From NCBI GenBank assembly GCA_964596735.1, contig CAZQVF010000002.1:18321-82320 (forward strand): 64,000 nucleotides of DNA, written 5' to 3'. Position 1 is the stretch's first letter. Each line of letters starts with the position of its first letter. The notes under the pieces were generated by a model. The model was given only the letters and a program-made list of their open reading frames with translations. It was not told the DNA's origin and ran no database searches. A program made the translations under genes and the position numbers. Below are positions 39,146-48,029 of this stretch, piece after piece. Source of the DNA: an uncultured Gammaproteobacteria bacterium. GTDB taxonomy: Bacteria > Patescibacteriota > Patescibacteriia > UBA2591 > UBA6264.

Positions 39146-40540
39146 ATGTATAGACTGCTTAAAACAGCCATTTTTTTATTACCCATAGCCCTAATCATTG
39201 TTTGGCCATTAAATGTTCATGCTCAGGAGCCTGTTTTTGATCCTGAGTATGTTATTTCTGATTATGAGTTGACCAACCATCAAACCATGACCATGAATGA
39301 AATTCAAAGATTTTTAGAAGAAAAAGAAGGGGCTTTGGCTAATTATTCAGCAGTTGACATAGACGGTAAAATGAAAACTGCGGCTGAGATAATTTATCGG
39401 GCTAGTCAAGAGTATGAGATTAATCCTCAACATTTAATTACCCTGTTACAAAGAGAAAAAAGCCTGATTACAAAAAAATCACCCTCTAATGATGATTATA
39501 ATTGGGCGACTGGATTTAGTTGTTATGACTATCGCAGTCCAGTTTCAAGATTTCGTGGTTTTTCACTCCAAGTAGATCGAGCTGCTTGGCGTTTTCGTTA
39601 TTATCTAGAACATCCTTGGCAATTCCAATTTAAAGTAGGAAGTAAAGGAAAAACTCTGGTTGACTGGAATGACAAATGGTTGGTTAATATTCATGGCCGC
39701 TATATTACGGCAAAAAATGCGGCCACCGCCGGCCTTTATAATTATGCTCCTCATGTTTATGATAATTGGCTTTTTTGGACAATTTGGCAAAACTGGTTTG
39801 GTAATGGAGATCAAAAATTTGCTGAGGGCACATTAATAAGAATTGGAGATGAACAAGGGGTCTGGTTAATCCAAAATAGTCAGCGTCGACCTTTTTATTC
39901 AGAAAACGTCTTTTTATTAAGCTATAGATTTAAAAACGTTAAAATAGTTGAAAAAATTGATTTAATAGATTATCCAATTGGGCCAGTCATGACCTTCCCA
40001 AATTACTCTTTGGTTCAATCATCTTTAGGGGAAATGTTTATGTTGGTTAATAACAAGAAAAGGTCTATTTCTGAAAAAATCTTTAAAAACATTGGTTTTC
40101 ACCCAGACGAAATTATTGAGGTCAATGAAAATGATTTAAATACCTATGAAATAGGAGCTCCTATTCTCTCTCCTTATCCTAATGGAGCTCTTTTGCAAGA
40201 CAATGAAACAAAGGCTGTTTATTATGTTAAAGAAAACATTAAATATCCAATTATTGATATAAGCATTTTAAATGCTAATTTTCCTTACAGTCATATTTCC
40301 AAGGTTGATCCTCAAGAGTTAGCTGAATTTGCCATGGGTGATCAAGTTAAATTTAGGGATGGTACTTTAATTAAGACGTTTGACTCCCCGGCTGTTTATG
40401 TTATTAGTCAACAAAAGCGCTTGCCTATTCCTTCAGCTGAAGTTTTTGAAACAATTGGTTATCAATGGAACAGTGTTGTTGAAGTTGACAAATCCTTTTT
40501 AAACATGCATGATTTAGGGGAAGTTTTAAAAATTGATTAA
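39146..40540 (+). CDS. Secreted protein: putative lysozyme-like N-domain plus four ~60-aa C-terminal surface repeats
   Basis: Signal peptide (VHA|QE), INPQ.L..LLQRE and NAATAGLYNYAPH motifs, repeats of type G.L(I/V).....V(Y/W).I...KR.I....F...G(F/Y). Confidence 0.6.
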   Translation: MYRLLKTAIFLLPIALIIVWPLNVHAQEPVFDPEYVISDYELTNHQTMTMNEIQRFLEEKEGALANYSAVDIDGKMKTAAEIIYRASQEYEINPQHLITLLQREKSLITKKSPSNDDYNWATGFSCYDYRSPVSRFRGFSLQVDRAAWRFRYYLEHPWQFQFKVGSKGKTLVDWNDKWLVNIHGRYITAKNAATAGLYNYAPHVYDNWLFWTIWQNWFGNGDQKFAEGTLIRIGDEQGVWLIQNSQRRPFYSENVFLLSYRFKNVKIVEKIDLIDYPIGPVMTFPNYSLVQSSLGEMFMLVNNKKRSISEKIFKNIGFHPDEIIEVNENDLNTYEIGAPILSPYPNGALLQDNETKAVYYVKENIKYPIIDISILNANFPYSHISKVDPQELAEFAMGDQVKFRDGTLIKTFDSPAVYVISQQKRLPIPSAEVFETIGYQWNSVVEVDKSFLNMHDLGEVLKID

Positions 40541-40549
40541 TTAATAACC

Positions 40550-41344
40550 ATGATTTGTTTTTCTGCCATTGTCCCCCATTCTCCTAAAATCATTCCGACA
40601 ATTAATCAGGAGGACTTAGACAAGGCTCAGAAAACTATTGATGCTTTTAAAAAGCTGTCAAAACAACTTGCTGAAGCCAAACCAGAGAGTTTAGTTATTA
40701 TGTCTTCTCACGCCTCTATTTTAGATGAGGCTTTTTCTTTAAATCTAGCCCAAGAATATGAGGGTAATTTTAAAAGCTTTGGTGATTTAATGACAAAAAT
40801 ACAATTTAAAGGAGATTTGGAATTGAATTACAAGATTAAGGAGAGATTTGAAATAGATTTTCATGATATTCCTTTAACCATGATTACTGAACCAAATCTT
40901 GATTATGGCACTTTTATTCCTCTATATTATTTTTTTCAAGAATACAAAGATTTTTCCATCATCCCTGTCAGTCATTGTTCTTTAGATTATCAACAACATC
41001 TAGACTTTGGCCAAAAATTAAGAGAAGAGCTTACTTTGACTAATAAAAGAGTAGCTGTAATTGCCTCAGCTGGTTTATCAGGTTGTTCAGAAAAAGAAAA
41101 ACCAAAAGATACTTCTATTGGCCAACAATTTGATAAAGAAGTAATTAAATTAATCAAGAATAAAAAAACTGATCAACTCTTAAGAGTTGATCAGGAATTG
41201 ATTGAAAAATCAGGCCAATGCGGTCTCCGTCCCATTCTTATTCTTTTAGGTATTTTAAATAAACAAAATTATCAACCCGAAATCTTGTCGTATGAAACTC
41301 CTTTTAAAGCTGGTTTTTTAGTGGCTAATTTACCTCTTAAATAA
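40550..41344 (+). CDS. MEMO1/LigB-fold protein (AmmeMemoRadiSam protein B-like), degenerate active site
   Basis: VPHSP, LDYG, VIASAGLS, QCGLRP, SYETPF. Confidence 0.8.
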   Translation: MICFSAIVPHSPKIIPTINQEDLDKAQKTIDAFKKLSKQLAEAKPESLVIMSSHASILDEAFSLNLAQEYEGNFKSFGDLMTKIQFKGDLELNYKIKERFEIDFHDIPLTMITEPNLDYGTFIPLYYFFQEYKDFSIIPVSHCSLDYQQHLDFGQKLREELTLTNKRVAVIASAGLSGCSEKEKPKDTSIGQQFDKEVIKLIKNKKTDQLLRVDQELIEKSGQCGLRPILILLGILNKQNYQPEILSYETPFKAGFLVANLPLK

Positions 41345-41367
41345 TTTAATTGGAATAACTAAAACTT

Positions 41368-41919
41368 ATGCCTACATATTTATGGATCATTATTGTCGTC
41401 GTTGTCCTTGTTGGGCTCATTTCTATCTTTAATACTTTGATTCGCTGGCGCAATCGAGTTAAAGAATCTTGGTCAGACATTGATGTTCAATTAAAACGTC
41501 GATACAATTTAATTCCTAACTTAGTTAATACGGTTAAGGGTTATGCGGCTCATGAGAAGCAAGTCTTTATTAATGTCACTGAGGCTCGAACCAAAGCCAT
41601 GGGAGCGGGCACGCCTAATGCCAAGGCTGATGCAGAAAAAGGATTAGCCGGGGCTTTAAAAAGTCTATTTGCCGTGGCCGAAAACTATCCTCAATTACGC
41701 GCCTCAGAAAACTTTCAAAAATTACAAGATGAGCTAACAGATACAGAAAATAAGGTTCAGGCCGCCAGAAGGTTTTATAACGGTAATGTTAGAGATTACA
41801 ATACAAAGCAAGAGGTTTTTCCCACTAATCTGATTGCTAGTCCTCTTGGCTTTAAAAAGGCTGAATTCTTTGAACTAGAAGAAGAGGAAGCAAAAAAAAC
41901 ACCTGAAGTCAAATTTTAA
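41368..41919 (+). CDS. lemA: LemA family protein
   Basis: WSDIDVQLKRR..LIPNLV..VKGYA.HE, AENYPQL, ARRFYN. Confidence 0.96.
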   Translation: MPTYLWIIIVVVVLVGLISIFNTLIRWRNRVKESWSDIDVQLKRRYNLIPNLVNTVKGYAAHEKQVFINVTEARTKAMGAGTPNAKADAEKGLAGALKSLFAVAENYPQLRASENFQKLQDELTDTENKVQAARRFYNGNVRDYNTKQEVFPTNLIASPLGFKKAEFFELEEEEAKKTPEVKF

Positions 41920-41927
41920 GCTAAAAT

Positions 41928-41965
41928 AAAAGAAGCTTTGATGTATAATCAGGGCTTCTTTTTTT
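41928..41965. terminator. Bidirectional terminator between lemA and RuBisCO
   Basis: AAAAGAAGCTTTGAT-gtata-ATCAGGGCTTCTTTTTTT. Confidence 0.8.
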
Positions 41966-41976
41966 ATTAAGATGAT

Positions 41977-43245
41977 TTATTTTGTTTTCCAGTGGTCCAA
42001 GGCTTGTTTTAGTTCAATATGGTTATGAGAATAAAACTTTAAAGGAATTCCTTTGGTGGCCGCTTCTACGGCTTGAACAGCGGCTCTGGCTCCGGCCCCA
42101 CTTCCTTGAGGATGTCCGTGCAAACCACCGCCAAAATTAATAACTAGGTTTGTTCCTAAAATTTCAACTAATTTATAGGCTAAGCCGGGATGAAGTCCGC
42201 CTGAAGCAATGGGCAAAACAGGTTTAAGCTTGCCCCAGTTTTCTCTTAGTTTATTAAATCCTCGCCAGTCTTCTTTTAATAATTCATTTACTTGAACAAC
42301 TTCTTTTTCTTCTCCTTCCATTTTTCCCACCACTGTGCCTGTATGAAACTGATCAATACCAGCTAAGCGAGCTAAATTGGCTACGACTAAAAAGGAAATG
42401 CCATGTTTTTTATTTCTAGTAAAAGCAGAATGACCAGCTCTATGCCCGTGAATAATCAAGCCCAAGTCTTGGTTTCTCAAAGACTGGACTCCGGCCCAAC
42501 CAGTAGTAACAATATCAACCATAACACATCTGCCCCCTAATCTTTTAACTAATTTTGCTCTTTGCAGCATTAGCTCTGTTGGCGCGGTCACATTAAATAC
42601 ATAAATCTTTTTTTGTTTTGTTTCTTTTTCTACTTGTTTTTTAAGGGCTAAAACCTTTTTGACCCTGTCTTCAAATTTATTAAAACTCAGGTCGGTTAAA
42701 TTTTCATCATCTTTGATTAAATCAACTCCGTTTTTAAATATTTCTGCGGCTAATTTAGCGTTTTGAGTTGAAGTTAAGCCTATTTTGGGTTTTATAATAC
42801 AGCCAACCAAGGGCCTTCTTTTTATTCCGGTAATCCTTCTTATTCCATTAATCCCCCATTTTGGTCCTGGATATTGGTTAATATATTTTTCAGGAAATTC
42901 AATGTCTTGCAAACGTAAATTCTTAACTAATTTCATGCTAAAAATATTTCCCCCAATGCTAGAAAGAAGCTGAGGAATACTATTTGGTTCAAACAAGGCT
43001 AAGGGGTAAGCAATTTTAAAAATACCTGTTCTGGTGTTAACTGAAAAAACCTTTGCCGCTAATTTATTAAAGACTTTGTCTGATAAGGTTTTTACTTTTG
43101 TCCAGGTGCCAATTGAAGATTCTTCAGCTACTTTTTGGGCTAATTTATTTAAAGATAACTTAGATTCCCCATAATAAGTGACGATAATCTCTTCTTGGGG
43201 TTTTGGCTTATATTTTAGCCTTAAATAGGTTGATTTTTTTTTCAT
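41977..43245 (-). CDS. rbcL: Ribulose-1,5-bisphosphate carboxylase large chain, form III-like
   Basis: Active-site motifs present: ESSIGTW, GGNIF, KPKIG, KDDEN, HRAGH, HTGTVVGKMEG, ASGG, GGG. Confidence 0.93.
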   Translation of the reverse strand: MKKKSTYLRLKYKPKPQEEIIVTYYGESKLSLNKLAQKVAEESSIGTWTKVKTLSDKVFNKLAAKVFSVNTRTGIFKIAYPLALFEPNSIPQLLSSIGGNIFSMKLVKNLRLQDIEFPEKYINQYPGPKWGINGIRRITGIKRRPLVGCIIKPKIGLTSTQNAKLAAEIFKNGVDLIKDDENLTDLSFNKFEDRVKKVLALKKQVEKETKQKKIYVFNVTAPTELMLQRAKLVKRLGGRCVMVDIVTTGWAGVQSLRNQDLGLIIHGHRAGHSAFTRNKKHGISFLVVANLARLAGIDQFHTGTVVGKMEGEEKEVVQVNELLKEDWRGFNKLRENWGKLKPVLPIASGGLHPGLAYKLVEILGTNLVINFGGGLHGHPQGSGAGARAAVQAVEAATKGIPLKFYSHNHIELKQALDHWKTK

Positions 43246-43246
43246 A

Positions 43247-43717
43247 TTAACTTATTTTTTTAATTATTTTATCAATAATATTGCTAGTGGAAAATATTTT
43301 TTTATTTTTATCTGGAAACTCTTTTAATTCCCAATAGGGCCGATCATATTTTTTCGTCTTTCTTTTTTTAACAATAGCAATTATATCTGGCTTTAAATAC
43401 TCTAAAACAGACAAGGATTCTTCCATAGATCTGGATTTGTCTATGTAGACGTAATCTATATTTTTAATTCCATTAATCACTTCGGCTCTTTGCTTTGCAC
43501 TGTTAATTGGTTTTTTTTCACCTTTTTCTTGTTTCGTTAAAAAACTTGATTGAATAAAAATGATGACAATATCAGCAAATTTTTTAAATTGTCTGATTGA
43601 ATAAATGTGTCCGGGGTGAATAATGTCAAAAACTCCTTTTTTTATTAAAACTTTTTTATTTTGTTTTTGGGCCTGATCTATGATTTGTTTTAATTTCTTT
43701 TTTTTAGAAATAATCAT
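43247..43717 (-). CDS. Cytidylyltransferase-family nucleotidyltransferase
   Basis: GVFDIIHPGH, KPIN...RAEV, LKPDI, FSTSNII. Confidence 0.85.
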   Translation of the reverse strand: MIISKKKKLKQIIDQAQKQNKKVLIKKGVFDIIHPGHIYSIRQFKKFADIVIIFIQSSFLTKQEKGEKKPINSAKQRAEVINGIKNIDYVYIDKSRSMEESLSVLEYLKPDIIAIVKKRKTKKYDRPYWELKEFPDKNKKIFSTSNIIDKIIKKIS

Positions 43718-44637
43718 AAAAACGGATATATCTTTTTCAAATGAGTTTTAATTTGGCTTGGTTTAATAACCCCTGCTTCACAAATAATGCCAGTAATATA
43801 TTTCCTGGGAATACGATCAAAGGCAAAATTAATAATCTTAAGACCTTTAGGCGCATTTGGCCAAAGTTCTTTTGGCGAACGTCTTTCTATTTTAATCCAT
43901 GATTTAGCATAAAATTTTAAAAGCGTGGTCGCAATGTATAAAGGGACTTTTTCTCTATAAGCAATAGATCCAATGCCAAAGCTACCAATTTTATTAATTA
44001 CTGAGCCATCTGGCAAAAGAGCATCCGCTCCCAGAATAATCTTATCCATCATTAAATTTTTACCTGAATGATGGGAAATTAAAAAACCGGCTGAAGAGTC
44101 AGCGACCATGGTTGTTGGAATTTTTGCTTGAAGTAATTTTTTAGAAGTAATTCTGCCCTGGAAAAGAGGTCTTGTTTCTGTGTTATAAACCTTAAATTTC
44201 TTTTTATTCTTTTTTGCTTTAATTAAGATTTGTTCTACTAACCAAGAATGGCAATGAGTTAAAATGTCGTCATCTTTGGTTTTAATTATTTTTCGTCCAT
44301 TTTTAATAGTTAAATCAGCCGCTTTTTTCATCATTTTTAAAAAATCATCGGCTGCCTTTTTTGCTTCATTTTTTGCTTCCACCACGTTTTTCGGTTTGAC
44401 CTGGCTTAATTGGGAAAATATATATTTGACCCCATTTTGAGCCATGGGTTCTGTGGGTCGAGCTGAAAGCAAAAGATCAGCTGCTTTTTTAAAATCTCTT
44501 TTCCAATTACCTACATTTTTAGCTTTAATCCTTAAACTATAGGTTTTTAAGGCCTTGATTGTGGTTCTAGCCACCGCTGTTGCCCCTTGAACCTCTAGTG
44601 ATTTAATGTTTTTAAAGGTTTGCTTTATTGTTTTCAT
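43714..44637 (-). CDS. Ribose-1,5-bisphosphate isomerase (eIF2B-related family)
   Basis: VQGATAVA, RPTEP, LTHCHS (Cys), ETRPLFQG, GAD (Asp), INKIG; next to RuBisCO; ATG 44637 preferred. Confidence 0.9.
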   Translation of the reverse strand: MKTIKQTFKNIKSLEVQGATAVARTTIKALKTYSLRIKAKNVGNWKRDFKKAADLLLSARPTEPMAQNGVKYIFSQLSQVKPKNVVEAKNEAKKAADDFLKMMKKAADLTIKNGRKIIKTKDDDILTHCHSWLVEQILIKAKKNKKKFKVYNTETRPLFQGRITSKKLLQAKIPTTMVADSSAGFLISHHSGKNLMMDKIILGADALLPDGSVINKIGSFGIGSIAYREKVPLYIATTLLKFYAKSWIKIERRSPKELWPNAPKGLKIINFAFDRIPRKYITGIICEAGVIKPSQIKTHLKKIYPFL

Positions 44638-44719
44638 ATAATTATATAATAAAGCTTCTCTTATTTTTGTCAAATATGGTCAGCATTGCCTAATATGGAT
44701 AATTTGTTAAACTAATAAC

Positions 44720-45178
44720 ATGGTTAAAACAAAGGAAAAAGACAAAAAAAACAAGAAGAAAGAGCAAGAAACAGCAATTCAAACCATTGTTAATCATTAT
44801 TTTCATACCAAGGGTTTGTCTTTAAAAGAGATTAAAGAAAACGCCAAGAAAAGAAAAATAATTTATTCACGCTATACCAGGCCAGCCAAACAATTACTAG
44901 AATTAGCCGGCTCTGTTAAAAAAGCAAAATCAGCTATTAATAAAGTGGCTGACTGGGCTAAGTCAAGAAACCTAGACTATGCCATTGAAACTGTTTTTAA
45001 AAAATGGCTGGAACTGGACAGGTTAAAACCAAAAGAGATTGTTAAAAAGCCGTTTTTTCAAGGCAATCCCATGGTCTGGAGTCAGACAAAAAAGAAATGG
45101 TTTGTCATTGGTGAAGATAGTGAGTGGCGTGAATTTGTTGGTGAAGAATCTGAGATTAAGTGGAAAATTATTAAATAG
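44720..45178 (+). CDS. Hypothetical basic protein
   Basis: 152-aa ORF with TTGCCT-16-TAAACT promoter and downstream terminator. Confidence 0.75.
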   Translation: MVKTKEKDKKNKKKEQETAIQTIVNHYFHTKGLSLKEIKENAKKRKIIYSRYTRPAKQLLELAGSVKKAKSAINKVADWAKSRNLDYAIETVFKKWLELDRLKPKEIVKKPFFQGNPMVWSQTKKKWFVIGEDSEWREFVGEESEIKWKIIK

Positions 45179-45194
45179 ATATTTTTTAAAATAT

Positions 45195-45226
45195 AAAAGC
45201 CTTTGATTGGTTTCAAGGGCTTTTTT
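45195..45226. terminator. Bidirectional terminator
   Basis: AAAAGCCTTTGA...TCAAGGGCTTTTTT. Confidence 0.7.
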
Positions 45227-45235
45227 AATACTTCT

Positions 45236-45955
45236 TTATTTTTTTACTTTTTCAAAGTAACGTAAACCATCACTATCTTTTCCGGCTTCAACAAAGTCAT
45301 CAAAAATCACCGGGACAATTGTTTGAGCTTTTTCCAGTAAATCACCAATTACTTTGCGGATTTCCCAATGAGCTGGTTTACCTGTTCTCATAGCAAAAAT
45401 ATGACGCCATTCTCTAAAATTAGCTGAAATTATTATTTGTGATTTAATGCCAATGGGAAGGGCTTGGCGGGCATCCTGAGGCAGCCAGCCAGCTTTTCTT
45501 AAGCCTCGATAAAATCTTTCATATTCAGTAAACATTTCTTTGATAGACATTTTTCTACCATCATCTAGTTCTACCTTTTTATTTTCATCTCGATGCGGAG
45601 GAACCACGCAATTAAGTTGAAATTTATCTAAATCAGGGCCTTGGCCTTTTTTAGCATAATCCACATAACGGGTTGATTCTTGAGAAACCCCGGTTAAACG
45701 GTGTCTTACTTGTTCATGAGTAAAGCCACGGGAAACATTGTTAAACTGAACAACCATGCTGCTGTGCTCCAGCACGCTTTCGTGTCCAAGTTTAATAATC
45801 ATTTTAGCAAATTTTTTAGCCGTCTCTAAAGTAACTTGTTCTTTTTCAGATTGATAACAAGTCCGTCCGGCTTTTTCAATTCTTAATAATTGATTATGTA
45901 ATTCTTTCTCTGGGGTTAAAATGATGAAACTTCCTGCGTCTTTAAGAGTTTTCAT
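45236..45955 (-). CDS. thyX: FAD-dependent thymidylate synthase
   Basis: GHESVLEH, RHR-x-SQESTRY, DARQALP, NFREWRH, AHWEIR; ATG 45955 preferred. Confidence 0.95.
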   Translation of the reverse strand: MKTLKDAGSFIILTPEKELHNQLLRIEKAGRTCYQSEKEQVTLETAKKFAKMIIKLGHESVLEHSSMVVQFNNVSRGFTHEQVRHRLTGVSQESTRYVDYAKKGQGPDLDKFQLNCVVPPHRDENKKVELDDGRKMSIKEMFTEYERFYRGLRKAGWLPQDARQALPIGIKSQIIISANFREWRHIFAMRTGKPAHWEIRKVIGDLLEKAQTIVPVIFDDFVEAGKDSDGLRYFEKVKK

Positions 45956-46025
45956 TTTATTTTCTTTATCCTTATTAAAATCTTGGCTTAACAATATCAA
46001 ATGTCTTAAGTTTTGTCAATAAAAC

Positions 46026-46055
46026 AAAAAAAGGCGAGATTTCTCTCGCCTTTTT
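46026..46055 (-). terminator. Intrinsic terminator of the orphan two-gene unit
   Basis: AAAAAGGCGAGA-gaaa-TCTCGCCTTTTTTT on -. Confidence 0.8.
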
Positions 46056-46058
46056 GTT

Positions 46059-46511
46059 CTACCCGCCATTCAAGAGCTCACCTACTCTTTCCCCTAGGAA
46101 TCCTCGTCCACTACATTCACAACGGATCAAAGGAATGTTTACTTTAGCAACCATTCGTTCTTTTTCTGGCCATTCACAGGAACAGGCAACAATAGTCACT
46201 AAGGCATTACTTTCTTGTTTTAACATTCTCGCCATATCAATAGCTGAACGAAAAGCATATAAACCAGAGTAGACAATGTATTCTTTAACATCTTTGACAG
46301 GAACCTTACCATTGTAGTAGTCATGGCCTAGGTCGTGCATTACTGATCCGGCTCGCTCATAATCAGTATCTCCTTTTCCTGTATCACAACCTCTGCCATT
46401 ATCATTAGCGCAGACAAAGACTCTCGCTTTAGCAGATTCATGCCAGCCACTGTTATAACCCCTTACTGGGTTATAACTAATGATGACGAAAATCGGCCTT
46501 TTCTTTTTCAT
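46059..46511 (-). CDS. Hypothetical alpha/beta protein with ACSC and CECSG motifs
   Basis: 150 aa from ATG 46511, preceded by AAGGAGGT. Confidence 0.75.
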   Translation of the reverse strand: MKKKRPIFVIISYNPVRGYNSGWHESAKARVFVCANDNGRGCDTGKGDTDYERAGSVMHDLGHDYYNGKVPVKDVKEYIVYSGLYAFRSAIDMARMLKQESNALVTIVACSCEWPEKERMVAKVNIPLIRCECSGRGFLGERVGELLNGG

Positions 46512-46620
46512 GATTACCTCCTTTTCTCTTTTTTGAAACCCTGTTTTAGAATTCACAAAACATTTATGAACTCTAGGACAGGGGCAAGCAGAGGAAAGTC
46601 CTTTGCTTGCCTCTTCCTCC

Positions 46621-47742
46621 TTATTTCCCGCACCTCCTTCCTAAGAAACCTATTCCAGCAATGATAATGCAGGATTTTTCCAAGCCAAGCTCAATAATCT
46701 GTTTTATTAGAAAATCATATTCTTGCTTGTTTTTTTCCTGCTTAGAATGTTTTACTGGAATATTCTCTTTTCCTTTGTAGTCCTCAGTCGTTGCCAAGAT
46801 AAGGGCTTGTTGTCTTAATGCCTGAACAAAGGCTGGCAAATCTACTTTTAACTTGTGTTTCCCTAAGATCAAGTTAAAATTTATCTCGCCTGAGTCTTGA
46901 CCCAGAAGAACTTGGTAAAGTTCTTGCAAAACAGGATCATCATCCTTAATGGGCTCAAGCATTTTGAACAACCGCTGTTCATACATTTCCCTTTCTTCAT
47001 CTAAGTCAATTTGCAACAAAGGGGTTGCTTGTTCTGGGGAAAGAATGTCAATTAAAGGAGCGTAAAAGTCATAAGTTGCTTCTTTAACCAGTAAAAAAGC
47101 ATTTGTGCTGGGGAGGGGTAAGACAAACTCGCTATCAATGAGATCACTCACATCTACTAAGTCGTCTCTTTTAACGTCTTGGGCCCTTGTCATCTTAAAC
47201 TGTTTTAGACTTTGCTTATTAGTGCCAAATCTAACAATTTCAATGGCTTCAGCTTCGGATTCTCCTTGTTCTTCATCTTTTTCACTAATTCCCCAAAAGG
47301 CTTGCAGAGAAAGGTGTAAGGGGCTCAAGATCATTATTATCTCTCCAAAGACCCTTGTTTTACCAATCTCTTTATGCTCTTTAATGCATTGGCATTCTCC
47401 TCTTAAACACCGCGAAACATTTGCCGTTCTTTTGCCCGCCATATGAACCACTAAATCATTGTAAACATTTCTCAGTGTCTCTTTTCCAGCATCAGAAATG
47501 GAAATAATTTCCATTGTCGCCTGGTTTTTTCTAACAAAAGCGGCGATATCTTTTCCTTCTTTACCTTTTGAACTAAGCATCAGGTCTAAAAGAAGAACTT
47601 CTGGCTTTATCTGTTTAATTAAAGATAAAGCCTGTTTTACGCTTGTAACTGTCTTTGGTTGAACAGCTTCAAACCCTTGCTTGGCCAGATCTTTAACCAT
47701 CCAGTCCAAGTTTCTGTCGTCAATGATCAATATCTTCATCAT
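46621..47742 (-). CDS. Receiver-domain protein with Cys cluster and unknown C-terminal domain
   Basis: ILIIDD, LLLDLML, ISIS, AGK, then CLRGECQC; SD AGGAGG favours second ATG at 47739. Confidence 0.75.
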   Translation of the reverse strand: MMKILIIDDRNLDWMVKDLAKQGFEAVQPKTVTSVKQALSLIKQIKPEVLLLDLMLSSKGKEGKDIAAFVRKNQATMEIISISDAGKETLRNVYNDLVVHMAGKRTANVSRCLRGECQCIKEHKEIGKTRVFGEIIMILSPLHLSLQAFWGISEKDEEQGESEAEAIEIVRFGTNKQSLKQFKMTRAQDVKRDDLVDVSDLIDSEFVLPLPSTNAFLLVKEATYDFYAPLIDILSPEQATPLLQIDLDEEREMYEQRLFKMLEPIKDDDPVLQELYQVLLGQDSGEINFNLILGKHKLKVDLPAFVQALRQQALILATTEDYKGKENIPVKHSKQEKNKQEYDFLIKQIIELGLEKSCIIIAGIGFLGRRCGK

Positions 47743-47772
47743 TGCCTCCTTTTCTTTTTTTTATGAACAAAT

Positions 47773-47928
47773 AAAAAAACTGATCTCTTGTAATAGAGAG
47801 ACCAGCTTATTTTAGGGTTTGTGCAGATTTATGGCTTAAAAAAGCCAAAAGCAAAACAAAATCAGTCTCTCTATCAGAGAATCAGATTTGTAATCTTGAT
47901 GAGTTTTTCGAAACGCTTGACCAATCAT
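47773..47928 (-). promoter_or_regulatory. Putative ribosome-dependent transcription attenuator: 30-codon leader ORF (47928-47836), antiterminator and terminator
   Basis: Leader MIGQAFRKTHQDYKSDSLIERLILFCFWLF; terminator CTGGTCTCT-8nt-AGAGATCAG-T7; leader segment ATAGAGAGAC complementary to GTCTCTCTAT in the terminator 5' arm and loop. Confidence 0.65.
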
Positions 47929-48029
47929 TGTTTTGCAAATTAAAATGTCTATCTGTTAATATAGACGAATCAAATACAAAACTGTCACACTGCTTGGATA
48001 TTTTATTAAAATATGGTAAGATAGTTTAT

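Noticed and set aside
41977-43245. RuBisCO-like protein (form IV) with a methylthioribose-phosphate isomerase (methionine salvage)
   Set aside because: All carboxylase active-site motifs are retained and the isomerase has the THCHS/RPTE pattern of R15P isomerases
47928-48029. N-terminal extensions from upstream TTG-type starts (fmt here; also 4332, 33899, 44673, 46000) and the upstream ATG at 46556
   Set aside because: They run through promoter boxes, SD sites or the upstream gene; downstream ATGs match family N-termini
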